Made by a program: the position numbers and the translations under genes. The notes under the pieces are model-generated. The model had not been told where the DNA came from and did no database searches. It saw nothing but the letters and a program-made list of their open reading frames with translations. From a virus: a stretch of 64,000 bases of DNA. The stretch spans positions 31,561 through 95,560 of the IMG/VR virus record IMGVR_UViG_3300030202_002001, one strand, 5' to 3'. Shown piece after piece: positions 38,718 to 48,788 of the stretch (position 1 is its first letter; each line of letters opens with the position of its first letter).

Positions 38718-38854
38718 ACGACAAAGAGCGTCTTACTAAGCAAGTAAAAGAATCAGACCCATGTCGAGATAATTCTGATAGGGGGTATTGGCGTAAAAGA
38801 CTTCGTGATCTAGAACAAGGTAAAGTAAATGAAACTGACTCAAAATCTAATTGA
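38714..38854 (+). CDS. Small hypothetical protein (46 aa; not in track)
   Basis: ATGA overlap with gp55; MNDKERLTKQVKESDPCRDNSDRGYWRKRLRDLE... Confidence 0.45.
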   Translation: MNDKERLTKQVKESDPCRDNSDRGYWRKRLRDLEQGKVNETDSKSN

Positions 38855-39047
38855 TGAAATAGCATGTGCCTTGGACATGCGTAAAAAGAATGGTGATCCA
38901 GTATGGGAAGATGGTGATGAAATTGCGATTGAGATAGCTGGTACATTTGCTGCAGATAAATTTATTGTTATTAAGAACAAAACTAAATCTCCAGTAATTT
39001 CATCCTTACCTATGGATAGAGAACACAAACCACATCATTTGAAATGA
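38829..39047 (+). CDS. Hypothetical protein
   Basis: ATGA overlap with gp47; IAGTFAADKFIVIKNK. Confidence 0.65.
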   Translation: MKLTQNLIDEIACALDMRKKNGDPVWEDGDEIAIEIAGTFAADKFIVIKNKTKSPVISSLPMDREHKPHHLK

Positions 39048-40096
39048 AAATTGGTATTATTACTGACCAACATTTTGGTGCCAGAAAAGGTAGCAAACTG
39101 TTTCATGATTACTTCTTGAAGTTTTACGATGGGACTTTTTTTCCTACGCTTCTTGCTGAAGGTATCACAACTCTTATCGATATGGGAGATACTTTCGACA
39201 ATAGGAGGAGCATTGACTTCTGGTCTTACAAATGGGCTAAGGAGAATTACTTTGACCGTCTCCGTGATATGGGGATTACTGTCTACACTGTCGTGGGTAA
39301 TCATACTACCTACTACAAAAATAATAACACAATCAATACTATCGATTTGTTATTACGAGAGTATGATAATATCATCCCTATCACTGACTACGCTGAGCAT
39401 GTGATTGGCGGAACTAGATTTGCTTTTATCTCTTGGATTAATCCTGAGAATGAAGAGCAAACTATGAAACTTATTAAGAAGAGTAAGGCAAAGGTTGCTG
39501 TTGGTCACCTTGAGTTGAATGGATTCGCTGCTTATCGTGGATTCACACAAGATCGTGGAGATGAAGCAGAGTACCTTAGAAAATTTGATAAAGTATTCAG
39601 TGGACATTATCATACTCGCAGCAACGACGGACAAATCTATTATCTCGGAAATCCATACGAAATGTATTGGAATGATGTTAACGATACTAGAGGCTTCCAT
39701 ATCTTTGATACTAAGACATACGATCTAAAGAGTATTGACAATCCAAATCATATGTTCTATAACATTTACTATGAGGATACACCTCATCAAATGTTTAATG
39801 CATCTGAATATTCTGGTAAAATTGTTAAAGTTATTGTTCGTAAAAAAACAAAACCAAAAGAATTTGAGAAGTTCATCGATAAACTTTACACAGTTGGTGT
39901 AGAAGAGTTAAAAGTTATTGAGAACTTTGACTATAATCAGGGTTGGTTGGTTAGTGAAGATCTTGAGATTAGTGAGGAAGAAAATACTATGTCTATTCTT
40001 AGCAAGTACATTGAAGATGCTGAAACAGAAATTGATAAGTCTAGAATTAAATCTTTGTTTGGTTCCCTGTATTCAAAAGCGTGTGAAGTTGAGTGA
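39044..40096 (+). CDS. gp47: Recombination endonuclease gp47 (Mre11/SbcD-like)
   Basis: TDQHFG, GDTFD, GNH, SGHYH metallophosphoesterase motifs. Confidence 0.95.
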   Translation: MKIGIITDQHFGARKGSKLFHDYFLKFYDGTFFPTLLAEGITTLIDMGDTFDNRRSIDFWSYKWAKENYFDRLRDMGITVYTVVGNHTTYYKNNNTINTIDLLLREYDNIIPITDYAEHVIGGTRFAFISWINPENEEQTMKLIKKSKAKVAVGHLELNGFAAYRGFTQDRGDEAEYLRKFDKVFSGHYHTRSNDGQIYYLGNPYEMYWNDVNDTRGFHIFDTKTYDLKSIDNPNHMFYNIYYEDTPHQMFNASEYSGKIVKVIVRKKTKPKEFEKFIDKLYTVGVEELKVIENFDYNQGWLVSEDLEISEEENTMSILSKYIEDAETEIDKSRIKSLFGSLYSKACEVE

Positions 40097-40365
40097 TGTT
40101 TCTGCTAACTGAAAAAGACAAGAAAGAAGAAGGTGCATATGCTGTAAAAGATAGGAGAGGTAACAAAGTACTTTTCATGTTTGAGGAAAAAGATGATGCT
40201 CTACGCTATGCTCAGTTACTAGAAGAAGATCATGGTGTGGAGATGTCAACTATAGAAATTGAAGAAGACCTTGCCATAAAGGCGTGTGAGCTGTATAATT
40301 ATAAGTATTCCGTAATCACCTCAGAAGACATTGTAATCCCTCCTTCACACGATGATAACATTTGA
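40093..40365 (+). CDS. Conserved hypothetical protein
   Basis: EGAYAV...FEEKDDALRYA...DIVIPP; between gp47 and gp46. Confidence 0.75.
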   Translation: MMFLLTEKDKKEEGAYAVKDRRGNKVLFMFEEKDDALRYAQLLEEDHGVEMSTIEIEEDLAIKACELYNYKYSVITSEDIVIPPSHDDNI

Positions 40366-42082
40366 AAAAATTAGATGGAAAAATTTCCTATCCACTGGTG
40401 ATCAATGGACTGAAATTATTCTGAATAAATCTCCCACGACTCTAGTTGTAGGAACGAATGGTGCTGGCAAGTCTACAATGTTAGATGCATTGTGCTTTGC
40501 TCTGTTCAATAAACCATATCGTAAGATTAATAAACCCCAACTTGTTAACAGTTCTAATGAGAAAGGGTGTCTAGTTGAGGTTGAGTTTTCTGTTGGACCT
40601 AAGAAATATTTGGTTCGTCGTGGTATCAAACCTAATGTGTTTGACATCTTAGTTGATGGTGAGATGAAGAATAAAGAGGCTGATGATAGAACAAACCAAA
40701 AAATTGTAGAGGATCAGATACTTAAACTTAACTATAAGTCTTTTACTCAAATTGTGATTCTGGGTAGTAGTAATTTTATTCCCTTTATGCAATTGTCTCA
40801 GGCTCATCGTAGGGAGGTGATTGAGGATCTGTTAGACATTCGTATTTTCTCTGCTATGAACAATCTTCTCAAAGAAGATATTCGACAGTCTAAGGAAATC
40901 ATCAAAAATCTTACATTAAAGAAATCAAATATTAAAGATAAGATCTCAATGCAGGAAGGATTTATTGAGGATCTTGAAAACAGACACAAGGGTAAGATTG
41001 AAGAGAATAAAATTAAAATTGATAAGTTGATTGAAGACTCTACAACAACTGATTCTAATAATATTAAAATCGTTGAAGAGATTGATGATCTTCAAAAAGT
41101 GCTGGCTAGTTACGAGTCTGCAACAGGACAACTTCGTAAACTTGGTAGTCTAAAAGGAAAAATTTCTCAGAAGGTATCGACCATTACTAAAGAGCATAAG
41201 TTCTTCTCACAGAATACGGTTTGTCCTACCTGCACACAACCAATTGAAGAAGAATTCAGACTAAATAAAATTAGTGACGCTCAAGATAGAGCAAGGGAAC
41301 TCCAAGAAGGTTTTCTTAAACTGGAAGAGTCCATACAATTAGAAGAAGATAGAGAGCGTCACTTTAAAAAAATAACTAAGGGGATTACTGAACTCACACA
41401 TGAGATTTCTCAAAACAATGTTAGGATTGCTGGATTTCAACAACAGGTCAGAGATTTACAATCAGAAATTCAAACTCTTACCAGTCAACTTGCAGACAGA
41501 AATTCTGAACATGAGAAACTAGATGGGTTTAAGAACGATCTTCAATTAATATTTGGAAAACTTGCTGAAAAGAACGAGGAAGTCAAGTACAACGATTTTG
41601 CGTACTCCCTTCTGAAAGACGGTGGAGTAAAGTCAAAGATAATCAAAAAGTATCTTCCCCTAATCAATAAGCAAGTTAATAGATATCTTCAGATGATGGA
41701 CTTCTATATTAGTTTCCATCTTGACGAAGAGTTTGGAGAAACTATTCAAAGCCCAGTTCACGATAAGTTCACTTATTCCTCTTTTTCTGAGGGTGAGAAA
41801 ATGAGAATCGACCTGGCACTTCTCTTTGCTTGGAGAGAAGTTGCTAGGTTTAAAAACTCTGCTAATACAAATCTTTTAATCCTAGACGAAGTATTCGACA
41901 GTTCTCTTGATACTGTTGGTACAGATGAGTTTACCAAGATCATTAGATTTGTCATTCAAGATGCAAATACTTTCGTGATTTCTCATAAAGCAGATATGCT
42001 AGATAAGTTTAATAATGTAATTGAGTTTTCCAAGAAGGCAGGATTCTCTTACATGAGTGAAAAATCAGGAGTTACTGGATAA
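40352..42082 (+). CDS. gp46: Recombination ATPase gp46 (Rad50/SbcC-like)
   Basis: GTNGAGKST, CPTC zinc hook, FSEGEKMRIDLA, LILDEVFDSSLD. Confidence 0.96.
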   Translation: MITFEKIRWKNFLSTGDQWTEIILNKSPTTLVVGTNGAGKSTMLDALCFALFNKPYRKINKPQLVNSSNEKGCLVEVEFSVGPKKYLVRRGIKPNVFDILVDGEMKNKEADDRTNQKIVEDQILKLNYKSFTQIVILGSSNFIPFMQLSQAHRREVIEDLLDIRIFSAMNNLLKEDIRQSKEIIKNLTLKKSNIKDKISMQEGFIEDLENRHKGKIEENKIKIDKLIEDSTTTDSNNIKIVEEIDDLQKVLASYESATGQLRKLGSLKGKISQKVSTITKEHKFFSQNTVCPTCTQPIEEEFRLNKISDAQDRARELQEGFLKLEESIQLEEDRERHFKKITKGITELTHEISQNNVRIAGFQQQVRDLQSEIQTLTSQLADRNSEHEKLDGFKNDLQLIFGKLAEKNEEVKYNDFAYSLLKDGGVKSKIIKKYLPLINKQVNRYLQMMDFYISFHLDEEFGETIQSPVHDKFTYSSFSEGEKMRIDLALLFAWREVARFKNSANTNLLILDEVFDSSLDTVGTDEFTKIIRFVIQDANTFVISHKADMLDKFNNVIEFSKKAGFSYMSEKSGVTG

Positions 42083-42612
42083 TGTATCTTGCCAAAAGCG
42101 TTTTAAAAAAAGGTGACATTGATCAACTTTATGGTCACCTGATGGGAGAATCCATCTGGAAGATTGGTGGAGCATATTCTGGTAGTGATGATCCTCTAAC
42201 CAACTATCCAAGAGCAGTTGCTATGGATGGTAATGGAATGCACAGTCCATTCCTTGCTGGATATTTTGTTGCGACAATGAATAGGCTTCGTGATATTGTA
42301 GAGGAAGATTATGGATTTGTTTTGCCTGTTGGTGGATTAGGTGCAGTTGGATTCAACGCACAGAGGAAAGGTAACATCCCTTTATTCCATACTGACGGTG
42401 ACACTAAAGGTCCATTTAAATGGAGTGCAGTTGGATTCTTAACCCCACAGTGGGATGAATCATGGGGAGGAGAATTGCAAATTGAAGATAAAACTTTTAT
42501 CTATGAACCAGGAGATTTTGTAGTATTTCGTTCGGATTTATATCACGATGCATTACCAATCAAGGTAGACACTCCTTTCTGGAGAGTTTCTGTAGCATGT
42601 ATGATGCGGTAA
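42082..42612 (+). CDS. 2OG-Fe(II) oxygenase family protein
   Basis: HTD...WDESWGGEL...H...R facial-triad pattern. Confidence 0.8.
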   Translation: MYLAKSVLKKGDIDQLYGHLMGESIWKIGGAYSGSDDPLTNYPRAVAMDGNGMHSPFLAGYFVATMNRLRDIVEEDYGFVLPVGGLGAVGFNAQRKGNIPLFHTDGDTKGPFKWSAVGFLTPQWDESWGGELQIEDKTFIYEPGDFVVFRSDLYHDALPIKVDTPFWRVSVACMMR

Positions 42613-42615
42613 TAC

Positions 42616-42623
42616 TATAAATA
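42616..42623 (+). promoter_or_regulatory. T4-type late promoter TATAAATA
   Basis: Exact consensus 21 nt upstream of the 42645 ORF. Confidence 0.75.
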
Positions 42624-42644
42624 TTTAAAAATTGTCTTTGAATC

Positions 42645-43196
42645 ATGAACTCAAAGGATTATAATCTATTTTCAGAGGCATATGCTGCCGTATATACTGA
42701 GCAGGCAACTACCGTAACTACTGTTCCTCCTGCAGGAGATTCCTTTAGAACTGGATCAAACAAAGCTCCAAAAGCACCAAAACTTCCAGCACCTAAAAAT
42801 TCTACTACTAAGAAGGAAGATGTGGATCTTTATGATCTTATGAAGGGTTATCTGATTGATGAGGGTTTTGCTGACACTGAGCAAGCTGCAGTTGCTATTA
42901 TGGCTAACATGAGCGAAGAGTGGAGAAATTATATTGTTGAAGGACCAATAGGAGAATTTGCTGATAAGGCTGCAAGAACCCTAGGATCAGGTGTTGGTGC
43001 TATTGAAAGAGGAATTAAGGATGGACCTAAGTACTTAATGCAAAAAGCAAAAAATGTAAAGAGTACTTTTGATACCGCAAGAGAAAGAGCCAGGGATAAT
43101 ACTCCTCCAAATGTGGTCAAAGCTAAAAAACCCGCAACACCCACAGCAAAACCGTACAATCAAGGCGGACCTCGCCTTCCTGGTAGAGATATGTGA
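42645..43196 (+). CDS. Late-expressed hypothetical protein, putative internal head protein
   Basis: Own late promoter; LFSEAYAAVYTE and YLIDEGFADTEQAAVAIMANMSEEWRNYIVE segments; Lys/Pro-rich linkers. Confidence 0.65.
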   Translation: MNSKDYNLFSEAYAAVYTEQATTVTTVPPAGDSFRTGSNKAPKAPKLPAPKNSTTKKEDVDLYDLMKGYLIDEGFADTEQAAVAIMANMSEEWRNYIVEGPIGEFADKAARTLGSGVGAIERGIKDGPKYLMQKAKNVKSTFDTARERARDNTPPNVVKAKKPATPTAKPYNQGGPRLPGRDM

Positions 43197-43197
43197 T

Positions 43198-43252
43198 CCA
43201 CTTTTTAAACTGTCCACTAAGGGGGTCTTCGGACCCCCTTTCCTTTTATAAT
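43198..43252 (+). promoter_or_regulatory. Phage promoter with upstream TGTCCAC box, overlapping a hairpin
   Basis: ccactttttaaactgtccact, then hairpin aagggggtc-ttcg-gaccccctt, TATAAT at 43247; no -35. Confidence 0.6.
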
Positions 43253-43277
43253 AGGTTCATACGAGAGGAGATGGACC

Positions 43278-45404
43278 ATGCTTCACGACATCAAAGGTAA
43301 ACTGGCACGACTGCTTGCTACAGAAAATTTGATTGTTGAGCATCGTTCCGTTGAGACTGCTCAGTTTGATGTTGTAAAGCGTGTTCTGACTCTTCCTAAC
43401 TGGAACCTGTCATCTATCGATGTGTATGACCTTCTGGTTGCTCATGAGGTCGGTCACGCACTGTTTACAGACCCTAGAGACTGGTCTAAAGAAGAGAAGT
43501 GGCGTGAGGTCCCTCAGACCTTTGTGAACATCACAGAAGATGCTCGCATTGAAAAACTTATGAGACGCAGATATGCTGGTCTCTCAAAAACTTTCTTCCG
43601 TGGATATAACGATCTTAATGACCAAGACTTCTTTGATATTGCAGATCAAGATTTAAATAAATTTTCTCTTGCTGATAGGATAAATCTACACTTCAAACTT
43701 GGTTCTCATGTGAATATTGAATTCAATGAGAAAGAAATGGTGGTTGTAGAGGCTACTGCAAATGCTGAGTCATTTGATGATGCTCTGATGGCAGCAAAAC
43801 TCTTGAATGAATTGATTACTGATGATAAAGATACACAAGAAACAGTAGCACCACAAGAGGGACAGAATACTGGAACTAGTGAGCAACCACAAATGCCAAC
43901 TTCTAGTCCAGAAGATAAAGAAAGTGATGAAGAATCAGAGGGAGATGAACCTTCTGAAAGTGATGGAGAGGAAGAAACTGATGACGAGACTATGGATGGT
44001 TTGGGTGGTAATGAGCCAACAGATGAAACCGAGTCTAAAACTTCTGAGTCTCTTGAGAACAAGTTGAAGAAACTTGCTGATATGTCACAGACTAGAGAAA
44101 ACTCCTACCTCACCTTTCCAGAAATTAGTTTGAATCATACTGTGATTCCCGCTGCAGAGGTTCATGCATATGCTCAATCTGAATGGGATGAATGGTTCAA
44201 AAAGATTGATTCTGATGTTGTAGATTATTACATGAAGGGATGGGATAGTACAAACCAACTATACAAAGAATTTAAAAAGAGTGCTACTAAAGAAGTAAAC
44301 TATCTTGTGAAAGAGTTTGAGTGTAAGAAGTCTGCTTCTGCTTATGCTCGTTCCACCACTAGTCGTACTGGAGTTCTTGATTGCTCCAAACTTCACACCT
44401 ATAAGTACAACGAAGATCTATTTAAAAAAGTTACTGTCACTCCTGACGGTAAGAATCATGGATTGATTTTTGTTCTTGATTGGTCTGGTTCTATGGCGGA
44501 AGTCCTTATTCCTACAATCAAGCAACTCTATAACTTGCTTTGGTTCTGTCGTAAGGTCGGTATTCCTTACGATGTATATGCATTTACTTCTGAATGGAAT
44601 TATAAAGCAAGTCGCTTCAATCCAATTCCAAAGCAAGCTGATAGTATTCATATCAGTGATGAGTTCTCGATGCTCAATCTATTGACTAGTAAGGTGAACA
44701 ATAAAACTGCAGAGTATCAAATGATGAATGTGTGGAGGTTGGCAATGTCATTTAGTACTCACTCTGGTCTTTGTCCTTCCCGTCTATACCTCTCAGGCAC
44801 ACCTCTTAACGAGGCTTTAATTACTCTCCACACAATCATTCCTGATTTTAGGAAGAGAAATAATGTTGAGAAATTGAACTGTGTTATTCTTACCGATGGA
44901 GAGGCATCAGTTCCCTCAGCAACTGTTATGATGAAACGGTCATGGGAGTCCGAACCTGAAATTCGTCATCGTAGGATTGGTGAAAATACTTTCCTTAGAA
45001 ATAAAAAGACAGGATCTATCACTCGTCTTTCATGGTGCTACAGTACATTTACAAAATGTATGTTGAATACTTTAAAAGAAACTTTCCCGTCTACTAATTT
45101 TATCGGGTTCCGTATTCTTGAACATGGTGGGCAATATTCAAATATGATTCGTCAATATACAAATACTTATGAGGAAGCAGAAGTTGCTTCGCGTAGTTGG
45201 AAAAAGCAAAAAAGTTTCACCTTGAGAAACTCTGGTTACGATTCATACTTTGTTCTTGGTAATTCAATTCTTTCCAATCAAACAGATTTTGATATTGATG
45301 ATGGTGCAACAAAGGTGCAAATTAAGAATGCATTTAAGAAGTCACTGTCTGGAAAGAAAATGAATAAATTGGTTCTTAATGAATTCATTTCCCTGGTCGC
45401 ATGA
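43278..45404 (+). CDS. Metallopeptidase-like + vWA domain protein (CobT-like partner)
   Basis: HEVGH zincin motif, acidic linker, DWSGSM MIDAS, GTPL, LTDGE. Confidence 0.85.
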   Translation: MLHDIKGKLARLLATENLIVEHRSVETAQFDVVKRVLTLPNWNLSSIDVYDLLVAHEVGHALFTDPRDWSKEEKWREVPQTFVNITEDARIEKLMRRRYAGLSKTFFRGYNDLNDQDFFDIADQDLNKFSLADRINLHFKLGSHVNIEFNEKEMVVVEATANAESFDDALMAAKLLNELITDDKDTQETVAPQEGQNTGTSEQPQMPTSSPEDKESDEESEGDEPSESDGEEETDDETMDGLGGNEPTDETESKTSESLENKLKKLADMSQTRENSYLTFPEISLNHTVIPAAEVHAYAQSEWDEWFKKIDSDVVDYYMKGWDSTNQLYKEFKKSATKEVNYLVKEFECKKSASAYARSTTSRTGVLDCSKLHTYKYNEDLFKKVTVTPDGKNHGLIFVLDWSGSMAEVLIPTIKQLYNLLWFCRKVGIPYDVYAFTSEWNYKASRFNPIPKQADSIHISDEFSMLNLLTSKVNNKTAEYQMMNVWRLAMSFSTHSGLCPSRLYLSGTPLNEALITLHTIIPDFRKRNNVEKLNCVILTDGEASVPSATVMMKRSWESEPEIRHRRIGENTFLRNKKTGSITRLSWCYSTFTKCMLNTLKETFPSTNFIGFRILEHGGQYSNMIRQYTNTYEEAEVASRSWKKQKSFTLRNSGYDSYFVLGNSILSNQTDFDIDDGATKVQIKNAFKKSLSGKKMNKLVLNEFISLVA

Positions 45405-45459
45405 CCAGTTGGTCAAGTGTCCACTTGGGCACTTATCCTACCCCACCCTGCACTATAAT
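45405..45459 (+). promoter_or_regulatory. Second promoter with TGTCCAC box
   Basis: ccagttggtcaagtgtccact, TATAAT at 45454; same 29-nt spacing as the 43198 copy. Confidence 0.6.
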
Positions 45460-45482
45460 AAGTACATCAACAAAGGAGATTC

Positions 45483-46562
45483 ATGCCTCGTCCCGCTCAA
45501 ATCGACATGATCCAACTGACCCAATATATCGAATCTAATTACGGTACTGAGTTTGGTGCCGATGCGATTCGTGACGCTGCTGGTCAAGCTGGATATTCTT
45601 ACCCCACCGTTGCAAAGCGTCTGGAGTGCTACAAGGTGGGTCATGGCAAGTGGAACCTCACTGTTCAGGAGAAACTTGAGCAAAACTACGAAGCACCTGC
45701 TGCCATGCCTGCTATCGAGCAGAATCTAATTCCTACAAAAGATCCTAACTATGTTCCCTTCGGTAACTTCACTGATGTCAAAAAGATCATCAAGTCTGGC
45801 GTTTTCTATCCTTGCTTTATCACTGGTCTTTCAGGTAACGGCAAAACTGTCTCTGTTGAGCAAGCCTGTGCTGCTCTAAATAGAGAGTTGATTCGGGTGA
45901 ATGTCACCATTGAAACCGATGAGGATGATCTTATTGGTGGGTTTCGTCTTGTTAATGGCGAAACTGTCTGGCATAATGGACCCGTCGTGGAGGCTCTTTC
46001 GCGTGGAGCAGTTCTTCTTCTAGACGAGGTTGACCTGGCATCTAATAAGATTCTATGTCTCCAATCAATCCTTGAAGGCAAGGGTGTCTTCCTCAAAAAG
46101 ATTGGTAAGTATGTTGAACCTAAGAATGGATTCAATGTAATTGCTACCGCCAATACCAAGGGCAAGGGTTCTGACGATGGTCGGTTCATTGGTACTAATG
46201 TTCTTAACGAAGCTTTCCTTGAAAGGTTCCCTGTAACCTTTGAGCAGTCTTATCCTTCACCTAAACTGGAACAGAAGATTCTTGAGGGTGTATGTGACGA
46301 AACTGAGTTCTGTAAGCGTCTTTGTGACTGGGCAGACATCATCCGTAAGACCTTCTATGATGGTGGTGTTGATGAAGTTATCTCCACCCGTCGTCTCGTT
46401 CACATCGCTCGTGCATATGCTATCTGGAACGATAAGCAGAAAGCAATTCAAGTGTGCTTGAATCGTTTCGATGAAGAGACTAAGAGTGCCTTCCTTGATC
46501 TCTATGATAAGGTTGATGCTGATGTAGATTTCTCTGCTGCTATTGCTGATGAAAGTTTTTAA
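45483..46562 (+). CDS. cobS: MoxR-type AAA+ ATPase (annotated CobS in cyanophages)
   Basis: GLSGNGKT, LLLDEVD, TANTKGKGSDDGRFIGTNVLNEAFLERF, ISTRRL. Confidence 0.9.
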   Translation: MPRPAQIDMIQLTQYIESNYGTEFGADAIRDAAGQAGYSYPTVAKRLECYKVGHGKWNLTVQEKLEQNYEAPAAMPAIEQNLIPTKDPNYVPFGNFTDVKKIIKSGVFYPCFITGLSGNGKTVSVEQACAALNRELIRVNVTIETDEDDLIGGFRLVNGETVWHNGPVVEALSRGAVLLLDEVDLASNKILCLQSILEGKGVFLKKIGKYVEPKNGFNVIATANTKGKGSDDGRFIGTNVLNEAFLERFPVTFEQSYPSPKLEQKILEGVCDETEFCKRLCDWADIIRKTFYDGGVDEVISTRRLVHIARAYAIWNDKQKAIQVCLNRFDEETKSAFLDLYDKVDADVDFSAAIADESF

Positions 46563-47121
46563 TCCTTTTGGTCCATCCATATATCAAAGTGAACTTTCTG
46601 ACGAGTTTCTTTCTTACCTTCAAGAGGTTGCTCGTTCGTCAGAGAAAGGTGAGAATGTTGGGTATGATCTTGCTGGTAACATAATCTCTCAAAAAAATGC
46701 AGTCATTGATCCCAAAAGATTTACGAATGAAATCTATCCACACATTCAAGGATACCTGGATCATAAATCACTTTCATTTCATCTTGGCAATGGTCCTTGG
46801 ATTAACTACATGAAAAAACATGAGTTCAACCCATTACATACTCATGATGGTACATTGAGTTCAGTTATTTTCATTGATGTTCCAGAAGAAATAGAAAAGG
46901 AGATAGAACAATGGGAGGGCAAAACTAATTGTCCTTGCGCTGGTGCCCTTGAGTTTGTTCATGCAAAATCATTTACATCTCCTGGCTACGCAAAAGTAAT
47001 TCCAAAAACGGGAGATATCTACATCTTTCCTGCTGACATGCCCCATACCGTTTATCCCTTCTCTAGTGATGTCATTAGAATCTCAATGAGTTTTAATGTA
47101 TTCAACTTGCAATTCAACTAA
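46549..47121 (+). CDS. Putative 2OG-Fe(II) oxygenase
   Basis: WINYM...NPLHTHD...FPADMPHTVYPF...RISMSFN. Confidence 0.8.
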   Translation: MKVFNPFGPSIYQSELSDEFLSYLQEVARSSEKGENVGYDLAGNIISQKNAVIDPKRFTNEIYPHIQGYLDHKSLSFHLGNGPWINYMKKHEFNPLHTHDGTLSSVIFIDVPEEIEKEIEQWEGKTNCPCAGALEFVHAKSFTSPGYAKVIPKTGDIYIFPADMPHTVYPFSSDVIRISMSFNVFNLQFN

Positions 47122-47133
47122 AGAGGTGTTACA

Positions 47134-47628
47134 ATGAACGCATGGGCTCTATTATACGACGAAATGTACGGACCTGACGACGCGATCAATGAACTAGAAT
47201 GGGTTAGACAAAACGGAGGTTTTGAATACACGCCAGAACCTACGGGTTCGGTTGAGATTACTGCAGACGGATTTGTCTGGCCCAAACAAAAAAATGACGC
47301 TGTTAAAGAATTTAGAGGATCTAACAAAAAGAAAACTGTGTTTAAATACAACGAAGACAAAATCCTTGAAGAGGTAAAAGATTACATCAATGGCACCTAT
47401 CGTGCTCACTACAATGCTTCCAACGGTATTCAGACACTTGATCTGATTGAATCCTGTGGAGACGGTGCTGCGTTCTGTCGCGGCAACATTCTTAAGTATG
47501 CATCCCGTTATAACAAGAAGGGATCTGCTAGAATGGACATTAAGAAGATCATCCATTATGCTGTTCTTCTCTATCACTTTTATGGCTTAGACCAGGAGAC
47601 TATCGAGCGTGGATATGAAACTTTCTGA
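47134..47628 (+). CDS. Conserved phage protein (DUF3310-like C-terminal domain)
   Basis: TYRAHY...FCRGNILKYASRY.KKG...DIKKIIHYA. Confidence 0.7.
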   Translation: MNAWALLYDEMYGPDDAINELEWVRQNGGFEYTPEPTGSVEITADGFVWPKQKNDAVKEFRGSNKKKTVFKYNEDKILEEVKDYINGTYRAHYNASNGIQTLDLIESCGDGAAFCRGNILKYASRYNKKGSARMDIKKIIHYAVLLYHFYGLDQETIERGYETF

Positions 47629-48286
47629 TAAAACAATCGACCTGCTTGAAAACTTTTCTTCTATTAACCAGTCGATTCTGGTCAAGAAGGGAACTAAACT
47701 TCGTACCATTTCGGTAATGAAGAACATCCTCGCTGAGGCAGAGGTTGATGAGAACTTCGAGAAAGACTTTGGCATCTATGATCTGCCTCAGTTCTTGAAC
47801 GGTGTGGGATTGATGAGCGATCCTGATATCGATCTCAAGCATGATTCTTACATGATCATCCGTGAAGGTAAAAGCACTAAGGTTAAGTTTGCCTTTGCTG
47901 ATCCTGAGGTTATTATTACTCCTCCAGACAAAGCGATTACACTGCCTAGTTCTGATGTATCCTTCCAACTTGAGAGTCAGCAACTTCAGAAACTGTTGAA
48001 AGCCTCTTCAGTTTATCAGTTGCCTGACCTTGCTGCTGTTGGTGATGGTGAAAGTATTACCCTGACAGTTCGTGACAAGAAGAATGATAACTCTAATGAG
48101 TTTGCTTTAATTGTAGGCAAGACTGACAAAACTTTTGAGTTTAACTTTAAGATTGAGAACATCAAACTGATCCCTGGATCTTATGATGTTGTGATCTCAA
48201 AGAAACTTCTTTCTAAGTTCACAAATTCTAGTTATAACCTTGATTACTTCATCGCACTTGAACCAGACTCAACCTATCAAGGTTGA
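47615..48286 (+). CDS. gp45: Sliding clamp gp45
   Basis: MKLSDKT...NFSSINQSI, FGIYDLPQFL, YFIALEPDS. Confidence 0.95.
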   Translation: MKLSDKTIDLLENFSSINQSILVKKGTKLRTISVMKNILAEAEVDENFEKDFGIYDLPQFLNGVGLMSDPDIDLKHDSYMIIREGKSTKVKFAFADPEVIITPPDKAITLPSSDVSFQLESQQLQKLLKASSVYQLPDLAAVGDGESITLTVRDKKNDNSNEFALIVGKTDKTFEFNFKIENIKLIPGSYDVVISKKLLSKFTNSSYNLDYFIALEPDSTYQG

Positions 48287-48788
48287 TCTGTTTAAGATTT
48301 CTGTAACTCAATATTTTATTAGAGAGTGGGAAAAGGTTAAGGAGAGCATTCTCCTTTCCATCCCTTCTTCAAATGATGCAGAAAAGCACATTGGATTTAC
48401 AGATTATTTTGAAGAGAACGATGCTAAGTATAAGAAAAATATTTTTAAAATATTAGAACCATACCTACAAGAATTCTGTAAGACATCACTTTATAAATTT
48501 ACTGGCATCTCTAATATGTGGTGTCAGAGGTACAACGCAAGAGATTATCATGTTCCCCATGATCATGGGGCTCTAGGGTACTCTTGTGTTTTTTATGCTA
48601 AAATGTCAGAAGAACACCCAGGTACTCTTTTCTTTTCTCCTTTCAATGATGAGACTGGAACTCATGCATGCAATTCCGTTGCATGCAAAGAAGGTGATTT
48701 AATAATCTTCCCTTCTAATCTAATGCATATGGCACCCCCTCACGATAGTGAAGAGGAGCGTGTGATTATCTCATTCAATTTGGTATGA
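48240..48788 (+). CDS. Putative 2OG-Fe(II) oxygenase (start uncertain)
   Basis: MWCQRY...HVPHDH...EGDLIIFPSNLMH...RVIISFN. Confidence 0.75.
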   Translation: MITSSHLNQTQPIKVDLFKISVTQYFIREWEKVKESILLSIPSSNDAEKHIGFTDYFEENDAKYKKNIFKILEPYLQEFCKTSLYKFTGISNMWCQRYNARDYHVPHDHGALGYSCVFYAKMSEEHPGTLFFSPFNDETGTHACNSVACKEGDLIIFPSNLMHMAPPHDSEEERVIISFNLV

